From positions 82,028,200 to 82,076,810 of the forward strand of contig NC_057711.1 of NCBI RefSeq assembly GCF_004010195.1: a stretch of DNA of 48,611 bases. Reading direction: 5' to 3'. The DNA comes from Chiloscyllium plagiosum. Its lineage: Eukaryota. Position numbers and translations under genes: made by a program. The notes beneath the pieces are model-generated. The model saw only the letters and a program-made list of their open reading frames with translations, was not told the DNA's origin and searched no databases. Of this stretch, positions 1 to 11,494 are shown one piece after another (position 1 is the first letter of the stretch; the number at the start of each line of letters is the position of its first letter).

Positions 1-426
1 ATGGTAGGAAGATCATATGAGGAAAGACTGAGGCACGTGGGGTTGTCTTCATTGGAGGAAAGAAGGTTTAGGGGTGACTTGATAGAGGTGTATAAGATGA
101 TTAGGGGTTTAGATAGGGTCGACAGTGAGAATCTTTTTCCACTTATGGAGTCAGCTATTACAAGGGGGCATAGCTTTAAATTAAGGGGGGGTAGGTATAG
201 GACAGATGTTAGGGGTAGGTTCTTTACTCAGCGAGTCGTGAGTTCATGGAATGCCCTGCCAGAAGCAGTGGTGGACTCTCCCTCATTATGGGCATTTAAG
301 CGGGCATTGGATAGGCATATGGAGGATAGTGGGCTAGTGTAGGTCGGTGGGCTTGGATCGGTGCAACATCGAGGGCCGAAGGGCCTGTACTGCGCTGTAT
401 TCTTCTATGTTCTAAGTTCTATGTTC
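1..426 (+). mobile_element. CR1 LINE 3' end (ORF2 C-terminus, 3' UTR, TTCTATG tail); young copy cut by the window start
   Basis: ORF 1-342 has the CR1 C-terminal motifs SYEERL, LEERRFRGDLIEVYK, TRGHSFKL and FFTQRVVSSWNALP. It is followed by GGGCCGAAGGGCCTGT and a (TTCTATG)n tail. Confidence 0.95.
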
Positions 427-1020
427 AAACCTTGATTAGACCATATTTGGAATATTACAATATTCTGGTCACTTGCTCAAAAATCTCATTGGTGTTTTTT
501 TTAAAATCTCATCTAGTTCAAAGTATTTTACAAAGGCAGTACAGAAGGCACAGAAAATGTTCAAGGATGAAAACAAAAATCTATAATTAGCTGTATCTGG
601 AATGGATGACAGGGTGGATGTTTTTTGCACTTGGAAAAAAAACATGGAGGCATAACACAGTTAAAGTCTTTTTTGTAAATCCTGAATGGTTTTGATATAA
701 GTAGATACAGAAACAATGTATTCTCTTGTGGAAAAAAGGGTATCTAGAAGCCATCAACTTAAGATAATCACCAAGAAATCCAATATAGTAATCAAAAGAA
801 GCTTTATTAACCAAAGAGTGATGACAGTGTGGAATGTGCTGCCACAGTTGAAGCAAATAGTACAGATATATTTTCGGGGAAGCTTGAAGTCAGTGAGGGA
901 GAAGTAAACATATGCTTACAAAGTTAAATTTAAATGAGAAAAAGTAGATCAACCAGAGTGTTCCAATAGTATGGTTTGGTTGGATCAATTGACCAGCTTC
1001 CGTGCCATATTTTGCATGTT
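427..1020 (+). mobile_element. Old, degenerate CR1 3' fragment
   Basis: Contains an LIRPYLEY-like start (cttgattagaccatatttggaatat) and SRSHQLKI...FINQRVMTVWNVLP in ORF 716-907. Confidence 0.75.
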
Positions 1021-4000
1021 CTCCTAAATAAGGATTGCAGTTAGGCCAGGTGCCACAGATCCATCAGAACATATCAAACTATACCCTTGTTAAGGTTTAT
1101 ATTGTATCATATCTACTACTCTCTGTCTCCTTATCTGTCAACTATAAGCAAATGTAGCACCAATGAGACACTATGTAAACTGGCCTGGAATACTGATTGC
1201 ACAACCTACTAAGCCTCTAATAAACAGAGGAGCATTTGATCATTATGAGCTAAAAGTAAGCTCCCCTCCATTTTGGCATAGAAAAGAAAAAGGAACCTAA
1301 AGCCCACACTTAAATAATATTTTTTTTCATATTTTGCTGGAGGTAGTCAAGCAAAATGCAGGAAAGAATTGTAAATTTCTGGATCAGAGATTACTTTGAT
1401 TTAATACATTTAATTTTATTGCTAATGCTCATGAGAAGTAAATATTATTTACTTTGTATATTAAAATGGTAATGCCTAGATTACTTAAAATAGCACAGTA
1501 ATTACATTTTAGCTTAAAATAATCTGGTCTAAAACTATTGCTTGTTTCTGACATATAAGAATTCACCTGTTTCATAACTTTAACTGCATTAAACAAGCCA
1601 TCAACAGTGCAAGATTGAGTAAGAAGCTAATGCTCTGAGGTAACATGCTACTATCCAAAATATAAGTAATATTGTGCATATTTCACCAGCACACCCACCT
1701 GGCAAAAGGCAACTCTGGTGACACTTCTTGGTTCTTGTAGCGCATACATATGTTGAAGAAGCAAGTTCAAGATAATACGGATTATTAAAAAAACTACAAA
1801 AATAACCCACTCACTGTCTAGCATTTCCTCTACCTTTGTACTACCTTGATGTTTAGCATTTTATGATCAATTTGATTTGAAGCTATTTTCCTACTACTGG
1901 TTGTAAACTAGACATTACCATTTCATTTGAATAACATCTTTAGCACATCTACACTCAGTAAAAATGAAATACAAAACATTGATCATCGAAGTAAATACCT
2001 AAATATATGCCTAATAGTTAGAGCAGAGTGCACAATGGACATCTTTCTTAATCTCTTATGTGAGTGTTAAAGATATAAATTAATAAACAACAAATGTTGG
2101 AAATTTGAAAGGCCATCAGAAAATATTAGAACTTCACAACCAGTTGAAAATAAAAGATTGCCTTGTGTGTGGCCATTCATTGAGTCGCCAATGAAACGTG
2201 AACTTGAAACATTTGCCAATCATTTTCTTTCATAATACGTTATATTTTGATAAAATAACTTGGTTCCTTTGTGGCTATATTGCATAGTATATTCATCAGC
2301 CAACTCATAATTGCACACATGCATTTGTCCATTTGCAGTTATGTTCAGAATCTAACGAAAATCGTCTTGAAAATCAGATGAAGATCCATAGAGGTTCGGA
2401 TATGAAGTTCTAGATTTTCATATATTCAGCATTTTTTTATGGCTAATCACTTGTTCAGTTTCTCAGCAAAGAGACCTGAGCTGTTTTAAGTCTTGGACCT
2501 CATTTAAATAAAGCCAATGATTTGCCTGTGTTAAAAAGGGTATCTCAGTATAGCTCACTTTAGTGATGCAATGCTGGGATGGCCTCTCCGGTGGAAAAAG
2601 GGTAGGTTGGAAGTTGCTTCGGTGAGGCAACAGGGGGTGGTGGGTGTGCAGAGATGTGGCTGGGACAGCAGCAGCACACACTATTTTTGTGGGGTCCAAA
2701 AGAATGCCAGACAAGTCAACCCCATCACCTACACCATCTATTAAATCAAGAGACAAATATTTAAAAATCAAAAGGTTTAATAAAAATGTATGACTTGCTT
2801 AAAAATCTCATCTAGTTCAAAGTATTTTACAAAAACTGTCATAATGCATCTGAAAACTCTTGACAAGATAATTTTTTTCAACAGTCCTACCAGTTATCAG
2901 TTGTGCCTCTTGTCTCAATATACAGAAAACCATATTTACCAAAGCAAGATATAGTTTGTGGGGTTAATGAATGAGATAGGTTTCTGAGGAATATTCTATT
3001 TTGATTAACAGTTCCACAGCCAAAAACTTGCTAAAATTGGACACAGTGATTGCAAGGAATATCAGCCATTACCTCCAAAGCTGCACATGCACCCAGGTAT
3101 ATACCCAGACTTCAGAGAACAGGATGCAAAGGAAACGTTGCTTTGTTATCCTTTCTATCTGAAACAAACTTCTTTCTCTGGCTTAACTGAAACTTGAAGC
3201 CTGTAAATAGTGAAGCTGCTTGCAGTTTGTCTTGCCCGAAGCATGAATCACAGTACGGCATCTGTTAGGAAGCCACAAATCACTACTGAGATTAAAGCAA
3301 CACCGAATCCACAATTGGCTCACATGTATTACCACAAATTGCAAGGAAATAAATCACAAACTGCACAAGTGCCTACCAGGGATTTCCATTCAGGTTAACA
3401 TGCATGTACTATGGCAGCAAATAGTCCTCAATTTAAGAACATAGAGCGATTTTCAGTGACACTATGAATTACTATTGAGGATAACTATTAATACATGTAC
3501 TAGTAACACTATAAATTAATAGAGATATCATCTATATAAAAAAAGCACAGCCAACAGCATCAACATCCGAGCAGGAAGCAACTTCAGAGACCAGAATGAT
3601 GCAGCAGTGTCAGACTCAGAACAGGCAACAAGGAATTTCAACACAAGGTAAGGGTCAGGCAAGGCAGACAGGAAACAGTTTCAGGTACCAGTCAGGTAAC
3701 GTACATCATCAGGCCCCAATTCCCACTTCCTCTGCAGGTGGCTCTCCACAGTTCAGATCCAACCATAAATTGTTTCTGCATTTGCAGGACTGGTGACCAA
3801 AATGAGGCTGATTTAATTGCAGCAGGTTGACACCCAACAGTCAGAAAGAGACTATGAACTCATCTTTCAGGAGTCCTTAGCACATTTCACTTCTTATGAA
3901 CGGAGGACATGAAGGTTGCACAAAATGGGCAGTGTTTCACTGGTTGTCCTGATAGGGTAGATGTCCCGCTGGATTCCCAAGAGAAAAGACAGGGCAATGA

Positions 4001-7000
4001 CAGTAGGGAGTTTTGTAACAACTTTGTGGCGCACTCAAGAAATTTCCTAATTGTCCACATGACCAGTTCACCTCTTTGCATTAAAGCAATAGAGGGCTTG
4101 ATAAATGGTGTATTTCAAGTTTAATCTTCTTTGTTTCTCACTGCATGCCTCCTTATTTATTAATTCATGTTACACTCCAGCATTTTGGTCTGACTGACCA
4201 CAATCAACTTCCAGGAGACACATTGCTGGATCTGAATCCAAGCCATTAGGCAACAGAAAACCACAGTCTATAAAGGAATCTATCTAATTTTGTTTTGCAT
4301 TTAAGTTAACAAAGCAAAATCAGATGGGCTCCTTTGCAGACATTATGCTACAACCTGTCCTATTTATCGACTTGCAATGTATGCAGGTTATCCAATATAT
4401 GTCAACCTTTGAAAATCTCCCTAAAGTAGCATTCAAGGGTTTTGTTTTACTGTCAAGCATTGAAAATTGTGTTCTCATTCCAATCTTTCAGGTAACCAAG
4501 AGGATGTGTCATGTGGCTTTTCAGCAAACAATGCAGCCATTACTTAGCACCTAGCAATATCTTGTTATTCTCTATGGGTCAGGATCTATTTGTGATTTGT
4601 GGGTGCAAACATTTCACATTGTTCCACTCATCTATGGTGCTAACACATGCAGTTTAATGTTCATAACCAGTTCAAAGGGGGATTGGATCACCTTAATCCC
4701 TACAGGCAAATATTGAAACCCAGCAGACATCCACATATTCCCTTCATCCAATAAGGCAGCACATAAAAGCAGCACAGCTTATCCAATACAAGACACGCCA
4801 TATACTTTCACTCGAAGGAGAAACAGCAGGAAAACACAATGAACATAATATAAGGATTACACATTGACAGAAGTTGCATATTTTTAGTTCAAGGCCAGTT
4901 TAAGTGATTGAGGAGTCAGGTGGTTGGTCACATACACCCTAATGTGCAACTGGGCCCACTGGAGTTTTTTTTAAATAGAAATTATGCGCATTTAAAGAGG
5001 GCTATTGTGCATTGGTAGGAGTAGATTACTAATAAAGGGTTAGGTGAGAAATAAGTACCTTGTATTTATATACATCCTCAACATAGCTCACTTCAGTATC
5101 TATGGATCACTTCTGAAGTTTAATAATAACCAATATGCCTTTCACCAACAGCACGATGCTTCTGAGACATAAAAGCCAAAATCTTCTGGGCTAATATGGG
5201 CCTTTTAAAAGGGTGGGCAGGGGAACTTAATTGGGTGTGTCACAAAGACTCAGTTTTACAACAGCAGGTTCACGTTTTGGTATGAGCTTTTCAGGCAACT
5301 CAGCTTTTAGAAGGATCACATCTGCGTACATTAGCATTCCACAAATACTCATTAGCATCCCAGCCAGATGGAATTGCATTCACAGAAGCCATCTTGTAAG
5401 CCAAAACTGGAAATACATATGTTCACAAACCCAATGATATGAGGCATATACCTACCGCAATTTTCTTCTTCACCTAAGCTCCAATAAGTACAAACTTCTT
5501 CCATTACTTTGCTCCTATAAACCATGCTGGTCCTTACACAAATGCTCACAACATAAGTGGTGAAGCCTGTGTGCGCCAACCAGCTAATGAAAATCTCAGT
5601 CATATGCAGTCTTGCTTCAGGTTTCTAAACACTCGTATAAGCCATAAAGCCCCTCCAACAAGTCTCACCCATTAATGATCTGGATTTCTTGATCACTTAT
5701 AGTACAAGAGGTGAAGCTTAACCAGATCAAATAGCTTATGAGTTTCAATTAGATGTGGTGTTGCCTGTTGTAGTTTGATGGCTATGGTGTAATGGTGGAA
5801 GGTTGGCCAGGCCCACTAGCCTGAGTAAAAAAAGTAGCCAAGCTGATTTCCATCAGTAAACTTGACCAGGGCAGGAAAGCAGCACTCAACTTAAAATTGG
5901 ATCTTAAATGAAACTGAAAAAGATTCGGAGAAAGGTGGACTTGGTGGAAAGGAACAGTAGTGAATGGAACTGTAAGGGTATATTTGTTTGGGGTACTGGA
6001 AGCACTAGGGAATGGATGATAGCAAAATAGAATAAAGGAGAGAATGGCAGCAATAGAAACACATTGACAAGGAAGAGTATACAAAAAGGTAGGGAATATA
6101 AGGGGGTAGAAGGAGAACAGCACATTGAATGATGGATAGTGTAAGAATAAGACTGGAATGAGATTTGGGAAGGAAGTGGGATTGAGTGATGAGCAGGAAT
6201 ATGAAGGGAGACAGTGAATGGGCTGACAATCATTAGGTGGGGTGTGTGGGGCAACTGAAGATGGATAGTTGGATACCACAGCATATTAAGGCCATCTACT
6301 CTTAAGGCGGGGTGGAGGGAAGAGTGCACTCTAAAGGGAGAGGGAGAGGGAGAGGTTAGAGAGTGAATAACTCGAAGGAAAGGTTTACCATCACCATCTT
6401 TCCAGAAATCACTTTTCTAAACAAGGATTAGCGAATGCACAAAGCAAAGTATGGTGGATGGATCTGTTTACATGTATTCCTGCATAGTGCAAACACATCT
6501 AACTGAGGGAATTGAAACATAAACTGAAAAATATTATTATATCAGCAGACAACTAAGAGCTTTTCAGCAAAGGAAAACACTCATTGCAATATAGAGTGAA
6601 TAAGCTCTGACAATTCCAAACATCAACATCTTGACCATGTCTCATCATTCACGAGCTTTTGACAAGAAGGGTACTGTGGTATTTTCCCAGATGAACACTG
6701 CTTCCACCTTGCAGTGTATGTCACTTCTACCACTAAGTGATAATGGTTAAGTATTATTTGAGTCTTCGGCCAATCCATCGATTAGTGTTAGAGGATATAA
6801 CTCTGTACAGAATCTGAAGAAGAGGCACTATTCCTAGATAACAAAAAGGTATATTGCATAAAAGCAATAAGGCCAATTACGTTTGGACAGACTTACAGAA
6901 TCACAATGTCTAAAAGAGGGCCTTTATTGTGATAACCTTGGGGAACTAATTGCCTTCACCCTCAAATTGTGGAAGGTATGTGGGTACTAGCACAGATACT

Positions 7001-7389
7001 TGTATACTTTGCCTACATTGACAGATACAGATAGAGGTGTCAATCCCCAAAGTTGTGATTATGTGTATTACTAGTAAGCAGAATGTGGTATTAGTAAGTT
7101 AGGAATTTAATGGTTCTGAATGATAGTGGTGTTGAAGAGTAGATTCAAATGAAGAAATGTCAATGATCTAACAGCTGTTAAGTATTGCAGTTCCTTCGCT
7201 GTTTAAAGAGCCATTAGCACTATGGTGCAAGTTGTGCTACATTGGTAGCTGCAAAACCCTTATATAAACTGATTGCACATGAGACAACTGATGGAAATTC
7301 CTGTCACACAAATCTTATGTGTGACAGTGTTTTTACAATACCAACTAAAATTTGTGGTGGTGTGATGCATTGAAGACTATAGCACATAC

Positions 7390-7610
7390 CCTAGCTAAGT
7401 GCAGCAGATCATTTTCCCTCTTGTGGCACTGTAGCAGGATCTCTTGAGCCACTTATAAGCACTGACCTCCGCAGCCATGTCTGTCCAGGCTCTCTTCATC
7501 AGTCAAGATGGCATCCTTTTGCCACCCCCAGGGAAAAGCACTTCCTTTATTTCCTGAACAGCCTTCAAGAGAGCCTCTAGTAAGGCATTGGTAGAGCATG
7601 GCATAGTTTT
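7390..7610 (-). mobile_element. Decayed PIF/Harbinger Myb/SANT-like DNA-binding protein exon
   Basis: Minus strand translates to LLEALLKAVQEIKEVLFPGGGKRMPS*LMKRAWTDMAAEVSA...(frameshift)QCHKRENDLLHLAR followed by gtatgt. This is the pattern of the Harbinger/NAIF1-type Myb-like domain (L..L...V......LF...AW..VA..VS...QC.KR.NDL). Confidence 0.75.
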
Positions 7611-7837
7611 TTATCTGGTCACTAACATTTCCATGGGTGGGTGGAGCTGATTAGTAGAGGGTGGGTGATGTTCCTGGGCTGCAGAGAGTGAAACCATCTG
7701 CTGTCCAGATGCCTTTTAAAAATGGCGTCCACAAGTTGGAACTCAGGAAATCCCAGGTGTGGGTGGAACCTCCTCCTGCCTGTTTGTAAAGTTTGGTGTT
7801 TAGACAATGAATAGACAATGAGCTGAGAAGAACTTCA

Positions 7838-8019
7838 TTGTACAGGTTAGGTGGATTGACCAGGCTAAATTTCCCTGTAGCATCCAGGGATATGCAGGCT
7901 AAGTGGATTAGCCATGATAAATGCAAGGTCACGGGGATAGGATGGAATCACTTCAGAGAGTTGGTGCAGACTCAGTGAGCTGAATGGCCTCTATCTGTAG
8001 GGATTCTGTGATTCTATGA
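7838..8019 (+). mobile_element. HE1-like SINE, 3' half
   Basis: Contains caggttaggtggatt, gctaaatttccc and a ctgtagggattctgtgattctatg tail, homologous to the full copies in this window. Confidence 0.75.
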
Positions 8020-9315
8020 AATCCCAACTCCATCCCCAAACATTTAGTCTCACTGGCATACTGAGTCTCAAGAAAGCAAGATTCCATCCATGGTCTTACT
8101 ATTACATATGAAAAATGTCAGATCTAACATCTCTACAATATTGAAATCTGAGGGGGTGTGGGGAGTGTTATGCCAGCTAATTCATAAGTCATTTAAGAGT
8201 CTCATCCTGCCCCTGCCTCTATTTAGCACATAGAAAGTAGCCAGCAATCTTTCTTAGAAGAGCTAATGATAACTAACAAGTTTTGGGACCTCCTCTGGGG
8301 GCATTTTCTTTGCCGGTCTGAGGCATTCCCTCCTCCAAGATTATATACTATCTTTATGCCTCCCTAACACCATCTTAAACTTTGCTCCCCCACCCCCTCG
8401 AGCGCTAGTCTCCAGTCCCCATGCTAGGAGACAGCCAGGCCTCACTAAGATATCAAACCTGGTCCTGCTGGGACACAGAGTTCCCAGTCACTCGGACTGT
8501 TTGCGAGATTGCTAAGGTGGCCCTATAAAATTCATCCCAAGGGGTCATTTTCAGTACAGGTGCTTTGGCATTTGCTGTCAGAGCTATTACAGACTTGAAG
8601 TAAAAAATGCATACTTCCCTTGGTTTTCCAAGTTTATCTGGCAGACCTTAAAATGACCAAAGGGACTGCTGAAGACCATCTAAGTTTTTTCTGATTACCC
8701 GGCAATATGATTGGTCGTGCCAGCTGTCACTCTATTTAACTCCCCTTTCCCATTTCCTGTATGGATCTATCAGTGGGATGGCTCTCCATCTTAGACCTCC
8801 AGCATGACAGGACCCCTGTTTGAAAAGCTGCATTAGAATGCCCATTGACCAAGAATCAATTTCTAACAAGACTCAAGTATCTGGTTTTGGGCATGTTTGG
8901 CAGATACTTTAACTACTTTATGCCAGAAACAGTAGCAACACATATTATCCAGTCAAAATATGATTACTAGATCAGTGTAGATGTCTTAAGATCTTCTTGT
9001 TATGAATATTCAAAGCATCAGCAACTATGGATGTCACTAAACAGCACTTAATTGTCTTATTTATTAATTAGAATCATGTCAAAGGGGCAGTAGAAAATCA
9101 ATAACTAACTAAAATACACAGGATGAAAACATATAGGATATGAAAATGCAAGTGACCAACACAGAGTGGCAGTTATTCGTAAATGATTCATCATCAAATA
9201 GTAATATAACTGAATTTGTGATACAACTCAACCTGAATTTTTCAGCATTTTTCTCAACTGACTGTTAATACCATAATATAGTATAAGCCTGATCCATGTG
9301 GAATTGCCAAGAAAA

Positions 9316-9412
9316 TGATAGTGTCCCTACCTCTGGGCCAGCAGGTTTGGGTTCAAGCCCCAGCAGTCCTAGAGTTATGTCATAACATATCTGACCAGAC
9401 TGATTAAAAAAT
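9316..9412 (+). mobile_element. Short tRNA-derived SINE remnant
   Basis: tRNA-like head with a B-box-like GGTTCAAGCCC and an A-rich end (gattaaaaaata). Confidence 0.5.
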
Positions 9413-9478
9413 AAATTTTAAAACTGTCAATAATTTTAAATGTGTATTTACAAAGGAAAAACAAATGTCAAAACTTAC

Positions 9479-9521
9479 ATTTCATTTGCTTCACAACTGA
9501 CTTGTTGGGTTCCAGCCAATG
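9479..9521 (-). CDS. FRMD3: FRMD3 internal coding exon (equivalent to human coding exon 3)
   Basis: Minus strand reads ttttctttcatag|CATTGGCTGGAACCCAACAAGTCAGTTGTGAAGCAAATGAAAT|gtaagt. The exon is 43 bp, phase 0-1, and translates to HWLEPNKSVVKQMK, continuing in frame from the 17592-17696 exon as in FRMD3 (HWLEPNKSIFKQMK). Confidence 0.93.
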
Positions 9522-10689
9522 CTATGAAAGAAAACGATGATCAACAATTAGACAATATTATATATCTTTTTTTAAATTTTGTTTCTCTCTCTCTTCTCAC
9601 ACATACAAATCACTTTGTGTTGTGCAATATAGCTGCCAATTAATTTCAAATGTTCAGTTGAGTAGATTAGGAATGTGAATCTACAAAACAAAGAAGTATT
9701 TGGTCAGCATTGACTGTGTATATACCAATCATACACCAAATTTCAAATGGAACTAAACAATAGAATTTCTTGTTATGTTTGTGGAGGAATCAGAAAGAAC
9801 ATTATTAAGTAATCACTGCCTCCTAATTACAGTACTATTTTTTAAAAAAGGTTTTAGTGCTATAATCATACATTAACAGGACTCAGTTGAATACCCAGAG
9901 CAAATGTGAAATATGCACGAAATCAGAGAGGATGGCTGGAGTCAGGAAACAGAGCACTAGTGAAGATGGAATGCTTAAACAATATTAGCAATTGTATTTG
10001 AATCTATGGTCTGGTCACATGACTCCACCTACGTAGAAAAAAGGCTAATTTCTTTTCCCAATAATGTAACTTTGGTATTTCTGATAAAAATATCCAAAAA
10101 CTTGGAAGCAGAAAAGTAAATGTTTTATTTTTCAAAATTGGTTAGTTCTGCATTATATAAAGTGAACATAATGAGTTTGAGATATTTGATTATTCTGTAC
10201 ATAAATGAGGGAGATGACAAAGAGTCCATTCCATCCATTTTAATGCAAGGATCTCATTTAAGGCACACGGGAAGCTATTAAGGTTGAGAAAACATTGACA
10301 GACATCTTGCCAATCCATGGAGGGCAGGAAAGCTGGTGTTTGACCATGAAGATAATCCAGGCCAGTGTCACTGAAAAGGGGACAATGTTCAAAGAGGAAT
10401 AGAGGAATTGGAGCATGCAAACAGGATTTGAACACATCTGATTTTGAACATCATCTTCTTAAACAAAATTTCTGTCTTGTTCATTAAACATGTCAATGCC
10501 TGGAGCCAGTATGTAAACCATGTCTTACCCTGAAACAATATGGGTAACTTTAAGACTTGAGTGGAAATGTCACCCTGTGATAGATGAACAGTTCAAGATT
10601 AACAGCTGAATTAGGGGTGCCTAGTTAATTTTAGCAGCTGATCTTGGATTCAACACATGGTTGAGTCCCTGAACAGTCAGGGAGAGTTA

Positions 10690-11480
10690 GAGATCAAACA
10701 TACAAACAAATTTCATTAAAGTGGAATCATAAATATTAGAGGATTTTAACAACGCAAATATTAACTAAGATAGTTTTAGTATGAATAGTAAGGAGGGAGA
10801 AAATTCTTAAATTGCATCTAAGAGACCATTTTTAGCCTTGTAAAAAGGTCAAAAAAGAAGGGTGCAATTCTGGCTCCAATATGAGCCTGGGCAGGTAGAA
10901 TGCATTTCTGTCAGGGAACAGTTTGGAAATGGTGACTGGAAGTCAGTTTGATTTCTAACAGTTATTGAAAAGGATGGGACTAGGTCAAGAATAAAAGTTC
11001 TAAACTGGGGAAAAGCTAATTTCAGTAATTTTAATAAGATATAATAGTCCAAATGGACTAGGAAGTTATAGATGAAACTGTATCAGAGCAGTGGGAGGCA
11101 TTCAAGAGGAAATAACTAAAGTCCAGGGTAAATGTATTTCCATAAGGACAAAGGCTGGATGAAGACCTGAGAACCCTAGGAACTTAAAGAATGCAACCAC
11201 TCGGACAAAGAAAGAGAAGCTTACGACAGCTACCAGGTTTTCAATACAGCAGAGTGCTTACAGTAACATAAAAAGTGCAGGGGATAACTTAAAAAGAAAA
11301 TTTGGAAAGCCATGATAGTTCATAAGAAAGCACTGATGGGTAAAATAAAAGGAAACACAGAAAGTAACTAGGGAAAGAGTAGGGCCCATAAAGGAGGTAA
11401 TCTGTGTGTGGACACAGAAGATGCCAGTACAGTCCACAAAGAATACTTTATGTTAGTCTTCACATTGGAAAAGGACAAAC
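10690..11480 (+). mobile_element. Degenerate CR1 ORF2 internal fragment (after the endonuclease domain)
   Basis: Contains the motifs gtcagggaacagtttggaaatggtgac, aaactggggaaaagctaatttc and cagtgggaggcattcaag, which resemble CR1 ORF2; many stops. Confidence 0.65.
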
Positions 11481-11494
11481 ATCAGGGTACAGAA

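Noticed and set aside
1805..1960. Minus-strand GTGAGT donor-like site, considered as the next FRMD3 exon
   Set aside because: No frame encodes the expected PPYTMCFRVKFYP, and the upstream sequence contains stops.
3780..4080. Weak resemblance of the minus-strand translation (IQRDIYPIRTTSETLPIL...) to a Harbinger transposase N-terminus
   Set aside because: Too degenerate to support by eye; it would need a frameshift-aware HMM search.
5782..6329. Three overlapping minus-strand ORFs of up to 165 aa
   Set aside because: They arise from a purine-rich plus strand. The products are low-complexity S/P/L/F-rich sequence with no recognisable domain or convincing splice sites.
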